A DNA stretch of 64,000 bases from NCBI GenBank assembly GCA_963814275.1, contig CAWFCE010000002.1, positions 234,537-298,536 on the forward strand. The letters run 5' to 3'. The notes beneath the pieces are model-generated. The model did not search any database. It saw nothing but the letters and a program-made list of their open reading frames with translations, and was not told where the DNA came from. The position numbers were made by a program, and so were the translations under genes. This DNA is from Candidatus Parcubacteria bacterium. Lineage in GTDB: Bacteria; Patescibacteriota; Patescibacteriia; Patescibacteriales; UBA12075. Shown here piece after piece: positions 37,018-45,602 of the stretch. Numbering within the stretch: position 1 is the stretch's first letter; the number at the start of each line of letters is the position of its first letter.

Positions 37018-37668
37018 CTATTGCTCCGCTATTGAACCTGCCCCAATCGCGATTTTCGCAATATTCGCGTTGGTAATCCCCAATCCGAATTTCTTGATCA
37101 GGCTCTGGGCTCCGCTGGGTCCGGACACATAATTGATGCTCCGGTCCACCGGATATATATAATAGAGCTGGCCTTTATCCTCGGATTTGATGATGAATTT
37201 GCCCGCTAGGCTGGTCGGTGCTTTGCCGGCCTGCACATATGAGTTATAGTCCGCGTTGCTGATGCCTACCGCGAATTTGCTCATTTGGCCGAATGCTGTC
37301 GCCGGCCCATCAAGGTAATAGCGTTTCTGGTCGCTCGGATTCACATACCAGGCCTCCCCGTTCTTTTCCGTCTGGATCAATATGCGGCCGCTTAACTGCT
37401 GCCCCAGACTGGCGGGGGTAGTGGCTGCGGCGGTTGTCACCGGAAATAGCTGGTCAAGGATGAAGAGATTGCCGAGATTTACCTTGCCTGAGCTGATTAT
37501 CTTACTGTTACCTGCACCGGCAAATAGCCGGTCAAGCGTAAAAAGGTCGCTTAAACCGCTTTTCCTGGTAAACAAATCACCGATGGCCGCATTGGCCATA
37601 GCCGGAGCTATTGCCATTACTCCGATGACCGCGGCAATTGCCAGAACGAATGCTTTTCTTTTGTTCAT
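37018..37668 (-). CDS. LGDLFxLDQLF-repeat secreted protein C with two C-terminal ~55-aa repeats
   Basis: Signal peptide ending ANA. Carries IGDLF, LSDLFTLDRLF and LGNLFILDQLF, then duplicated modules GRILIQTEKNGEAWYVNPSDQKRYYL.. and GKFIIKSEDKGQLYYIYPVDRSINYV.. Confidence 0.75.
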   Translation of the reverse strand: MNKRKAFVLAIAAVIGVMAIAPAMANAAIGDLFTRKSGLSDLFTLDRLFAGAGNSKIISSGKVNLGNLFILDQLFPVTTAAATTPASLGQQLSGRILIQTEKNGEAWYVNPSDQKRYYLDGPATAFGQMSKFAVGISNADYNSYVQAGKAPTSLAGKFIIKSEDKGQLYYIYPVDRSINYVSGPSGAQSLIKKFGLGITNANIAKIAIGAGSIAEQ

Positions 37669-37988
37669 ATGATTTGCCCTGAATTAAATTATTAGTCTTT
37701 TTTTATTTTCTCGACTCGACCTTTTGCCGCTAAATGCAGTGCGATATTTTCCGGGAGAACGATTGATTTATTTATCCCAATATAGCCTATAATATGATTT
37801 CGGCTTAAATTTCAATTTTCTCCCGTATCGATCCCACCGTTTTTGCGGCGCCTATTATATGATGACGCATGTATGTGCAAATTATGATTTTATTAATCAG
37901 TAATTATTTTTTTTTAATGTATTTCTTCGGGGATTGCCATCTTTAGCTCCTACGAATTTTCGCTCCTGCAAATTCGTAATTCGCAGGA

Positions 37989-38026
37989 CAAAGCGAAAGG
38001 CGGCTTTTTGAGCCGCCTTTGCTTTG
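37989..38026. terminator. strong GC hairpin
   Basis: CAAAGCGAAAGGCGGC-TTTTTGA-GCCGCCTTTGCTTTG. Confidence 0.5.
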
Positions 38027-38036
38027 CTGTTTTGGT

Positions 38037-38063
38037 GAACAGCTGATCCAGGACAAACAAACC
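38037..38063 (-). pseudogene. stranded fragment encoding GLFVLDQLF (remnant of a fourth repeat-protein gene)
   Basis: GAACAGCTGATCCAGGACAAACAAACC is the same nucleotide motif as in genes A-C. The frame is closed upstream by TAA and has no start codon. Confidence 0.5.
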
Positions 38064-38315
38064 TTGTGGGCTTGTTTTTTTCGTGCGAACACCCCCTCGA
38101 CCTTTATCAGACCACGTTCGGGAGTTATGTTATTTAACGGGCGATTGTCTAGGCGAAGAATAGACAAGGCCTTCCCGTTCGCTTGAATCATGGTCCTATA
38201 TATTCAGACGTATGCCGGGATAATTATGATTTTGTTAAGAAGGGATGAAATAAGCCGGAAAGTTAATATAATAAAAAATGCCCCGTTTCGCAATCGCGTA
38301 TACGGGGGCTATTAA

Positions 38316-38546
38316 TTAAGGATGCCTGGATCTATCAGCCGTAAAATGGTCAGCGCTTCGCCTGAACGCCTCCTCCAGCACGGTTGCTTCGCCTTTATTT
38401 TGGTATAGTGATTTTCTTACGTATATAAAGAGTGAATATCCGTTATTATTCCTGTCCTGTCCGCAGCGCGGCACTGCGCTTTGGCACGCAAATCCTAATT
38501 CACCCAATCTATTGCCTAATTCACAATCCGGATTACAATGCTTCAT
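38316..38546 (-). CDS. small Cys-rich protein downstream of the ECF sigma gene (possible anti-sigma, positional guess)
   Basis: MKHCNPDCELGNRLGELGFACQSAVPRCGQ has five Cys in the first 30 aa. No TM segment. Confidence 0.45.
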   Translation of the reverse strand: MKHCNPDCELGNRLGELGFACQSAVPRCGQDRNNNGYSLFIYVRKSLYQNKGEATVLEEAFRRSADHFTADRSRHP

Positions 38547-38689
38547 AGGTCTTCGTCCTTTTATTGTTTACATTTGTCTTTAAGAAGGTGCAAAGCGAAA
38601 ATTAGTATATCATTTGTATTATATGATATATTTATTAAAAATAAATTATAGTTTTGTCGCAGAATATAATTATTGCGGGTATATTCCGG

Positions 38690-39214
38690 CTAGGCTGGCA
38701 CGCGTCTGGACCGACCGACAAATTGGCGTAATTTTTTCGTGGCTTGGTAAATCAGAACGCTTACATAGTTTGGTGATTTGCCGGTTCGCTGGCAAATCTC
38801 GTCTATGCTGAGATGTTCGAAATAGCGATATTTAATAACCCGTCGATGGTTTTCGTCCAACTGTACCATGAAATGGCGGATAGCTTTCTCTTTCAATTTG
38901 ATATCGACTGCTTCTGCCGCTCCGGAGTCATAGCTGAAGTATTTTTCGTCAATTGATTCGATCGAAATCGGGATTTTATGCTTTTGCCGGTAATAGTCAA
39001 TAATCAGGTTGTTAGCAACCATATAAACGAAGCTTTTGATATCGTCGATATTACCGTCATTGTCTACCAAATATTGCCAAGTCCGGGAAAATGTTTCCTG
39101 AAGGAGATCGTCCACTTCGCTGCTTCTTACCCGGTAATGCAAATGGGATGCTATTTTCGGTTTTAATTCTATGTACGCGCCGGTGAATTCGCTTTTGAGC
39201 GTTTTACTAGCCAT
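38690..39214 (-). CDS. ECF-type sigma-70 family RNA polymerase sigma factor
   Basis: Region 2 (DDLLQETFSRTWQYL...FVYMVANNLIIDYYRQ) and region 4 HTH (YRYFEHLSIDEICQRTGKSPNYVSVLIYQATKKLR). Confidence 0.85.
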   Translation of the reverse strand: MASKTLKSEFTGAYIELKPKIASHLHYRVRSSEVDDLLQETFSRTWQYLVDNDGNIDDIKSFVYMVANNLIIDYYRQKHKIPISIESIDEKYFSYDSGAAEAVDIKLKEKAIRHFMVQLDENHRRVIKYRYFEHLSIDEICQRTGKSPNYVSVLIYQATKKLRQFVGRSRRVPA

Positions 39215-39420
39215 TGAGGATGCCCGTTAATTGAATTGTTTCTAGCGCATGGGGGATTAATGACCTTTGCCCGATTACTTTAACATTGCGGCATTAACCA
39301 ACACTGAAAATAGCATTAGATGCGCTTAATCTTTATTTTTGGCCAATTTTACGTGGTTTACTTGAAAAATAACGGTCATTAGTGTTATGATAGGGTTAGT
39401 TTTAAATTTTATTTGATAAT

Positions 39421-40674
39421 ATGAAATTGCTCAATATCGCCGTTCTAATAACGGTTTCATTTTTTTTATTTATCGGTTCGGGCGTCAATGCCGAAGAACC
39501 GGTTAATTTGTATTTTTTTTATGGCGATGGTTGCCCGCATTGCGCTAAGGAAGAAAAATTCCTGGATATCCTTGAGCGGGATCACGAAAATGTGAAGATA
39601 TACCGGTTCGAAACCTGGTATAACCAGGATAATGCCAGGCTCCTGGCTAAGATCGGACAACGGATGGGGATTACGGTCGGCAGTGTACCAATGCTTTTTA
39701 TCGGCGATCAGACGATCACCGGTTATTTTAACGATGAAACGACAGGACAGAAAATCAGCGACTTATTATCCGATTACGAAACCAACGGCTGTACCGACGT
39801 GGTTGGACCGATAATCGGCGTCGGCACAGAAAACCCCGAATGTGTTCACGGCTGTGATGCCGGCGATAGCGAGTGTATCCACGATTGCGGCTGCAGTGCC
39901 GATACGATCACCGCCTCGTCATCCGTGCCGGATACCGTCAGCATCCCCTTTTTCGGCGCAGTGAGCGTGAAAAACGTTTCTTTGCCTATATTCACTCTGT
40001 TGGTGGGCGCGGCGGACGGGTTTAATCCCTGCGCCATGTGGACGCTATTGTTTCTGATCAGCCTGCTTTTGGGTATGAACAACCGCCGCCGAATGTGGAT
40101 CCTCGGCTCGTCTTTCATCGCCGCTTCGGGTTTTGTCTATTTTCTGTTTTTGGCCGCTTGGCTTAATCTGTTCCTGTTTTTGGGCTTTGTCATGTGGATC
40201 AGGGTGCTTATTGGTTTGGTGGCTCTGGGAAGCGGGGTTTGGCACCTGAAATCAGCCTGGGACAACCGCGAGGGCTGCCCAGTCACCGAGGACGAAAAAC
40301 GCAAGCGAATATTCACCAAATTGCGCGCCCTGGTCGGGGAACGCAATTTCTGGGTGGCGCTAACGGGAATTATCCTTCTGGCCGCGGCCGTAAATCTGGT
40401 CGAACTGGTCTGCTCGGCCGGATTGCCGGCAGTTTATACCCAGGTACTGGCCCTGGCCCACTTGCCGGTCTGGCAATATTATCTGTATTTGGTTTTTTAC
40501 ATTTTTATCTATATGCTGGATGACTTGCTGGTATTCATAATCGCTATGTCCACTTTGCGGATGAAGGGAGTGGGTGTGCGTTATACCAAGTGGTCGGGCT
40601 GGATCGGCGGCATCTTGATGGTATTGATCGGTCTGCTGCTTCTCTTCAAGCCGGGCTGGCTGATGTTCGGGTAA
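39421..40674 (+). CDS. thioredoxin-fold (CPHC) domain fused to a DsbD/CcdA-like membrane domain
   Basis: Signal, YFFYGDGCPHCAKEEKFL, Cys-rich linker ECVHGCDAGDSECIHDCGC, then a multi-TM region with GFNPCAMW. Confidence 0.7.
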   Translation: MKLLNIAVLITVSFFLFIGSGVNAEEPVNLYFFYGDGCPHCAKEEKFLDILERDHENVKIYRFETWYNQDNARLLAKIGQRMGITVGSVPMLFIGDQTITGYFNDETTGQKISDLLSDYETNGCTDVVGPIIGVGTENPECVHGCDAGDSECIHDCGCSADTITASSSVPDTVSIPFFGAVSVKNVSLPIFTLLVGAADGFNPCAMWTLLFLISLLLGMNNRRRMWILGSSFIAASGFVYFLFLAAWLNLFLFLGFVMWIRVLIGLVALGSGVWHLKSAWDNREGCPVTEDEKRKRIFTKLRALVGERNFWVALTGIILLAAAVNLVELVCSAGLPAVYTQVLALAHLPVWQYYLYLVFYIFIYMLDDLLVFIIAMSTLRMKGVGVRYTKWSGWIGGILMVLIGLLLLFKPGWLMFG

Positions 40675-40853
40675 TTTATATAAATATTATTTTTATATAG
40701 AATAAAGCGTTGGCCGCTAATTGACGGGCAAATGATATCCCGCCTATTCAAACGGCAGATAGCAGTTTCTGGCACAATTTGTTCTCTGTAATCTGCTATC
40801 TGAAAATAATGTAAATTATTATAAATAACTGAATCAGTATATAACAATATAAG

Positions 40854-42353
40854 ATGAACAGTACTATTCTGAAAATTATCGTTTTTGTTTCCGGAGCGGT
40901 CGTGATGGTGTTCGAACTGGTCGGTTCGCGTATTATGGCACCCTATGTCGGAACTTCGATTTACGTTTGGACGGCTTTGATCGGCGTAATCCTCGGTAGC
41001 CTGAGCATCGGCTATGCCTGGGGCGGGCGGTTGGCGGATAAGCGTCTGTCCCCCAGGGTCTTGGCCATGATCCTGGCGATTGCCGCGTTTCTGTTGGCCT
41101 TTACCGCCATATTCCAGGGTTTGATCCTGGGGATGGTAGTGCATATGGTCGGCGATATCCGTTTAAGCGGCGTTTTGGCCGCCCTCATCCTGTTCGCGCC
41201 GGTAAGCGTCGCCCTCGGTATGGTGTCGCCCTATGCCATCCGGCTCCATCTGACCGCGATATCGTCTAGCGGGAAAGTCGTCGGTACTTTGTATGCCATC
41301 AGCACCTTGGGCAGTATTATCGGCACTTTTGCCGCGGGATTTTTACTCATTCCTTTTCTTGGGAGTGTCCGTATTATCTGGTTTTTGTCGGCGGTACTTT
41401 TTGCCGCGTCCCTGATCACCGAACGGTCAGCCGCGTTCCGGTTGCGTTTCGCCGGTTTTATCCTGACCGCGTGTGTCGGTATCAGCTTGGGACTAGCCAG
41501 TCCTTTGTTCGCCCAGAGCGGACAAGCAGACCGGGAGACCATATATAACCACATTAAAATAGCTGACCTTATTAGGGTTGCCGACAATGTCCCGTTGCGG
41601 ACGCTCAGTACCGACCCTTACGGCATCCAGGGGGCGGTATCGATGGATGATCCGGGCGCTGTGATCCTGGAGTATGCCCAGCTGTTCCGTTTGGCCGACC
41701 AGTTTTTTCCCGAACCGGAATCCGCCCTGGCGATCGGCGGCGGCACTTATACTGTCCAGCGTGATTTTTTGAGCCGCCACCCCAAGGCGGTGATTGATGT
41801 CGTTGAGATCGATCCGGGGATCACGGAAGCGGCGCGTGAATATTTCGGCCTGACCGACGACAGCCGGATGAGCATTTACCACCAGGACGGCCGGACTTTT
41901 TTGAACCAATGCGCCGGTTCTTACGATGTCGTGTATTTGGACGCCTACGGCTCCCACCTGACAGTGCCTTTTCACCTCACTACCTATGAAGCGCTTAAGC
42001 GCGTAAAAGACATACTGTCGGACGACGGCATTGCGGTCGCCAATCTGGTCGGCGCCATGAACGGTCCGGGCAGCAAATTTTTCCGGGCCGAATACCATAC
42101 CTATCGCGAGCTTTTTCCGCAGGTATTGGTATTCCCGACCAAGCCTCAGACCCCGAATGCATTGCAAAATCTGGTTTTATTTGCTCTCAAATCAGAATCC
42201 GCTCCGGAACTAGAAAGCGATAATCCGGAAATGGCCGCCTATCTCGGCAAGCTCTGGCAGGAAGAGATTGCCGTCGATCTGCCGGTATTGAAAGATGATT
42301 ACGCTCCGGTGGATTATTATGCCCTGGCTGCGTTGAATAACTATAAGCGCTAA
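40854..42353 (+). CDS. fused membrane domain / spermidine synthase-like protein
   Basis: ~200 aa of TM helices followed by a methyltransferase-fold aminopropyltransferase-like domain (ALAIGGGTYT...VVEIDPGI...DVVYLDAY). Confidence 0.7.
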   Translation: MNSTILKIIVFVSGAVVMVFELVGSRIMAPYVGTSIYVWTALIGVILGSLSIGYAWGGRLADKRLSPRVLAMILAIAAFLLAFTAIFQGLILGMVVHMVGDIRLSGVLAALILFAPVSVALGMVSPYAIRLHLTAISSSGKVVGTLYAISTLGSIIGTFAAGFLLIPFLGSVRIIWFLSAVLFAASLITERSAAFRLRFAGFILTACVGISLGLASPLFAQSGQADRETIYNHIKIADLIRVADNVPLRTLSTDPYGIQGAVSMDDPGAVILEYAQLFRLADQFFPEPESALAIGGGTYTVQRDFLSRHPKAVIDVVEIDPGITEAAREYFGLTDDSRMSIYHQDGRTFLNQCAGSYDVVYLDAYGSHLTVPFHLTTYEALKRVKDILSDDGIAVANLVGAMNGPGSKFFRAEYHTYRELFPQVLVFPTKPQTPNALQNLVLFALKSESAPELESDNPEMAAYLGKLWQEEIAVDLPVLKDDYAPVDYYALAALNNYKR

Positions 42354-42455
42354 GAGCGGCTTGCGCTAAAAAAAACTATATTATCTACCGGACAGCTTTA
42401 TTTAACGGCTGTTTTTTGTTATTATTATAGTAGTTTATTCAATTAGAATATCATT

Positions 42456-43184
42456 ATGTTAAAAGTTAAGGATTTGTCAAAATCGTTTAATGATACCAAG
42501 GCCGTGGACGGAGTGGGCTTCGGGGTCAATCCGGGGGAGATATACGCTTTGATCGGGCCGAACGGCAGCGGCAAGACCACGATCATAAAAATCATCGCCG
42601 GTCTGCTCCGGCCGTCAACAGGCGCAGTAGTCGTCGACGGCCATGATGCCGTCCGCGACCCGCGCGAAGCCAAAGCCAGGGTTGGCTATATTCCGGATGA
42701 GCCGGCGGTCTGGCCTTCGTTCACCGGCCTGGAATATCTGCATTTTACCGGCGCCTTATTCGGCTTGAGCGAAGAAGAGCGTACCCGCCGCATTCCCGGG
42801 CTATTGGATATATTTCGTCTTAAGGGAATCGAGAACGGCTATTTCGAGGATTATTCACGCGGCAATAAGCAGAAGTTCACCATTCTGGCCGCCCTGCTGC
42901 ACGGGCCCAAATTACTCCTGATCGACGAACCGATCGTCGGTCTCGACCCGGTGAGCGCAGAAGTGGCCCAGGAGCGTTTTGTCCAATTTGCCCAGCAAGG
43001 GGGCGCAGTCTTATTAGTAACCCATACATTGTCGGTGGCCGAACGGATAGCTAATCGTATCGGTGTGCTCCAATCCGGCCGTCTGCTCGCCTCCGGTACG
43101 TTGTCAGAATTGAAGAACCGTGCCCAGTTGGACGATAATTCTTCATTGGAGGAGGCTTATATCAAGTTAACCGAAAAAGAGTAG
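42456..43184 (+). CDS. ABC transporter ATP-binding protein
   Basis: Walker A GPNGSGKTT, signature YSRGNKQK, Walker B LLLIDEP. Confidence 0.9.
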   Translation: MLKVKDLSKSFNDTKAVDGVGFGVNPGEIYALIGPNGSGKTTIIKIIAGLLRPSTGAVVVDGHDAVRDPREAKARVGYIPDEPAVWPSFTGLEYLHFTGALFGLSEEERTRRIPGLLDIFRLKGIENGYFEDYSRGNKQKFTILAALLHGPKLLLIDEPIVGLDPVSAEVAQERFVQFAQQGGAVLLVTHTLSVAERIANRIGVLQSGRLLASGTLSELKNRAQLDDNSSLEEAYIKLTEKE

Positions 43185-43318
43185 TTTTTTGCAGAATTCA
43201 TATTCCGGATTCAATCCTGTTTTTTCATTTTTAAATTTCAAATTTCGCGAATGCCCTATGCCTTTTTCTTTCCCCGGGCCTATGCCCCATTTTGCTTATA
43301 ACTTTTAACAGATAAAAT

Positions 43319-45007
43319 ATGTTTATATTGTTTTGGCATCATTATTGGCGCGGTTTGCTTCATTATTTCCGCACGCGCCGGACCGCCAAGATCATTACTA
43401 TCAGCCTGTTCGGGCTGGTTTTTACGGCAGTCGGGATCGGTATTTTTCTGTTTTTCCGCGAAGGTTTGTCCTATATCAAAGCTGACTCCTATTTCGGCCA
43501 GGCTTTATCGTATTTCGTTTATGAGATGTATTTGATAATTTTTATCGCTCTGGTCGTCATGAGCGCGCTTATTAACGGCATATTTCGCTGGTTCAAGCGC
43601 GGACACGATTCCTGGCTGATGGGTTCGCCGCGCTTCGACCTGTTGCCTAAGCACGTTTTCGTAACCGTTTGCCTCGAGTCGCTATGGCCTTTTTTGGTCA
43701 TTGTCATCCCCCTGGTTTTTGCCCTCGACCGCGTATTTCCCGTTTCCGGCAGCGGGGCGGCGCTTATCGCGATCGGTGCCATTTGCCTGGTGGTATTTAT
43801 GGCCGGTTCGACCATGTTTCTTTTGGCGGGCAGCGGTACGGTGTTGCGCTTGCTGGCCCTTAAGTGGCCGAGATTCCGGCTGTCGCTTCGTAAATTGGCG
43901 TTTCTCGTAATGGTAATAATGGGCCTGGCCTTGTGGTTTGTTTGGCGCCATAGTATCGATGCCGATCTGGTCAGGATGTTCCACGCCCAGGACCTGGCCC
44001 GGGGAAGCGCGGGGCTGGATATGATCAGGGACAATTTCCTGGTATTCCCCTCGCATTTTTTGGCCAGCGCTCTTTTTTCCTGGCAATCAGGAAACAGCTT
44101 GCTTATGTTAATGTATGTCGCGGCATTGTTGTTCCTGGCGGCGGCGGTTACCGTGGCCTGGTGGATCGTATCCCCCTGGCTTCTGCCTCTTTGGGTGGAA
44201 ATGCAGGCGGGAACAGCAGTGCCGACCGGCGGAAAAACAGCCGTCCGTACGGCACACGGCGTGAACTTTACCTTCCGCGGCGGGCTGGGGCGGGCCCTTT
44301 TTGGCAAGGAAGCGATCGTATTTTTCCGCAATACCCGCGGAATAATGTGGTTCTTATTCCTGGTCGTGATCTGGCTTATCCAGGCCGCCGTTAATCTGAC
44401 GGTAAGCCGCAATACAAAGGCTTATGAGCTTGAATTCGCCACTTTGCCGGCAATTATCCAGATTATGCAGTATTTGACCGCAGTTTATTTCGTGTCCGCT
44501 TTCGTTTTACGTTTCGCCTTGCCGTCTTTTAGCGCCGAGCGGCGGACGGCTTGGCTTTTGGCTAGCGCTCCGGTCAATTGGCGTCGGGTTTATCTGGCAA
44601 AACTGGCGTTTTTCAGCCTCGCCTTTGTGGCAATCGGCATGGTTATCGGCTACGCCAATATCGCGATCCTTGATATTCCCACAGGCACGGCGATGATCTC
44701 GTATATAACTTTTCTGGGGGCGATACTGTTCATCACGACCTTGGGCCTGTCGCTGGGGCTGATGTTCCCGAATTTCGATACGGATGATCCGTCCGCCCTG
44801 GGCACTTCGCTTTGCGGTCTGGGATTTATTTTCGGTTCACTGGTATACGGCGCGATCGGCGCCGGGGTGTTGTTATTCACTTTCTCCGGCGCGGCATATT
44901 GGCCGGTAATCGGTTTTTGGGCAGTTACTGCCGGATTGATCCTGCTGCTTATCAAAATCGCGCCCCAAAGGCTCGAACGGATTGATTTTGTCCGAAATCT
45001 TGGTTGA
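43319..45007 (+). CDS. large polytopic membrane protein, putative ABC exporter permease partner
   Basis: 562 aa with >10 hydrophobic segments, directly downstream of the ABC ATPase. Confidence 0.6.
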   Translation: MFILFWHHYWRGLLHYFRTRRTAKIITISLFGLVFTAVGIGIFLFFREGLSYIKADSYFGQALSYFVYEMYLIIFIALVVMSALINGIFRWFKRGHDSWLMGSPRFDLLPKHVFVTVCLESLWPFLVIVIPLVFALDRVFPVSGSGAALIAIGAICLVVFMAGSTMFLLAGSGTVLRLLALKWPRFRLSLRKLAFLVMVIMGLALWFVWRHSIDADLVRMFHAQDLARGSAGLDMIRDNFLVFPSHFLASALFSWQSGNSLLMLMYVAALLFLAAAVTVAWWIVSPWLLPLWVEMQAGTAVPTGGKTAVRTAHGVNFTFRGGLGRALFGKEAIVFFRNTRGIMWFLFLVVIWLIQAAVNLTVSRNTKAYELEFATLPAIIQIMQYLTAVYFVSAFVLRFALPSFSAERRTAWLLASAPVNWRRVYLAKLAFFSLAFVAIGMVIGYANIAILDIPTGTAMISYITFLGAILFITTLGLSLGLMFPNFDTDDPSALGTSLCGLGFIFGSLVYGAIGAGVLLFTFSGAAYWPVIGFWAVTAGLILLLIKIAPQRLERIDFVRNLG

Positions 45008-45185
45008 TTATTTGCGGAAGATATAAGACGCAAGTAATGAGTAATAAGCCCGTAGCCAAGACCACTAACGTAAAACAGTTAATTACTTATGCCACATTAC
45101 TTATTACTATTTGTAATTATCGGGCGAATAAGGATTATATTAGTATTACTCCCAAAAAATTTGCAAACGTTATTATATTAAAATC

Positions 45186-45211
45186 CATGCCTGTAAAAAG
45201 CATGTTTTTTT
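45186..45211 (+). terminator. rho-independent terminator
   Basis: CATGC-CTGTAAAAA-GCATG followed by TTTTTTT. Confidence 0.55.
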
Positions 45212-45217
45212 ATACCC

Positions 45218-45269
45218 TTGACAAAACTGCCCGGTTTGCTATAATTTAGATAGTTGTCTAAATATCTAA
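45218..45269 (+). promoter_or_regulatory. consensus promoter plus inverted-repeat operator of the ArsR/SdpR-like operon
   Basis: TTGACA 45218-45223, 16 nt spacer, TATAAT 45240-45245, immediately followed by TTAGATA (45246-45252) N10 TATCTAA (45263-45269). Confidence 0.6.
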
Positions 45270-45285
45270 TGATAAAACAACCCTT

Positions 45286-45549
45286 ATGACTTTAAATAAC
45301 ACGTTTCATGCTTTGACCGACGCGAACCGGCGGAAAATCCTGGAACTACTAAAGAAAAAAGACATGTCCGTGGGCGAAATCCTCACCCATTTCAACATCA
45401 CCATGCCCTCATTGTCGCACCACCTGAGCGTCTTGAAACAAGCCGGTATGGTAACGGCTGAACGCCAGGGCCAGGAAATCATTTATTCTCTCAATTTAAG
45501 CGTATTTGAAGAAGTGGCGGAAATGCTGGTCAAATTTTTTCGTAAATAA
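45286..45549 (+). CDS. ArsR/SmtB family transcriptional regulator (SdpR-like)
   Basis: FHALTDANRRKILELLKKKDMSVGEILTHFNITMPSLSHHLSVLKQAGMV is a winged-HTH of ArsR type. Confidence 0.85.
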   Translation: MTLNNTFHALTDANRRKILELLKKKDMSVGEILTHFNITMPSLSHHLSVLKQAGMVTAERQGQEIIYSLNLSVFEEVAEMLVKFFRK

Positions 45550-45602
45550 TATCATTAATATTAATTTGAGATTATAGTTTAGAAACTAGAAATCAAAACC
45601 AT

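Noticed and set aside
37943-38191. 82-aa minus-strand ORF.
   Set aside because: It spans a heptamer array, a strong terminator hairpin and the out-of-frame motif remnant. It has no RBS and is most likely non-coding debris.
43519-44412. 297-aa minus-strand ORF and other frames inside the permease gene.
   Set aside because: Its R/P/A-rich translation is antisense to a coherent multi-TM protein.
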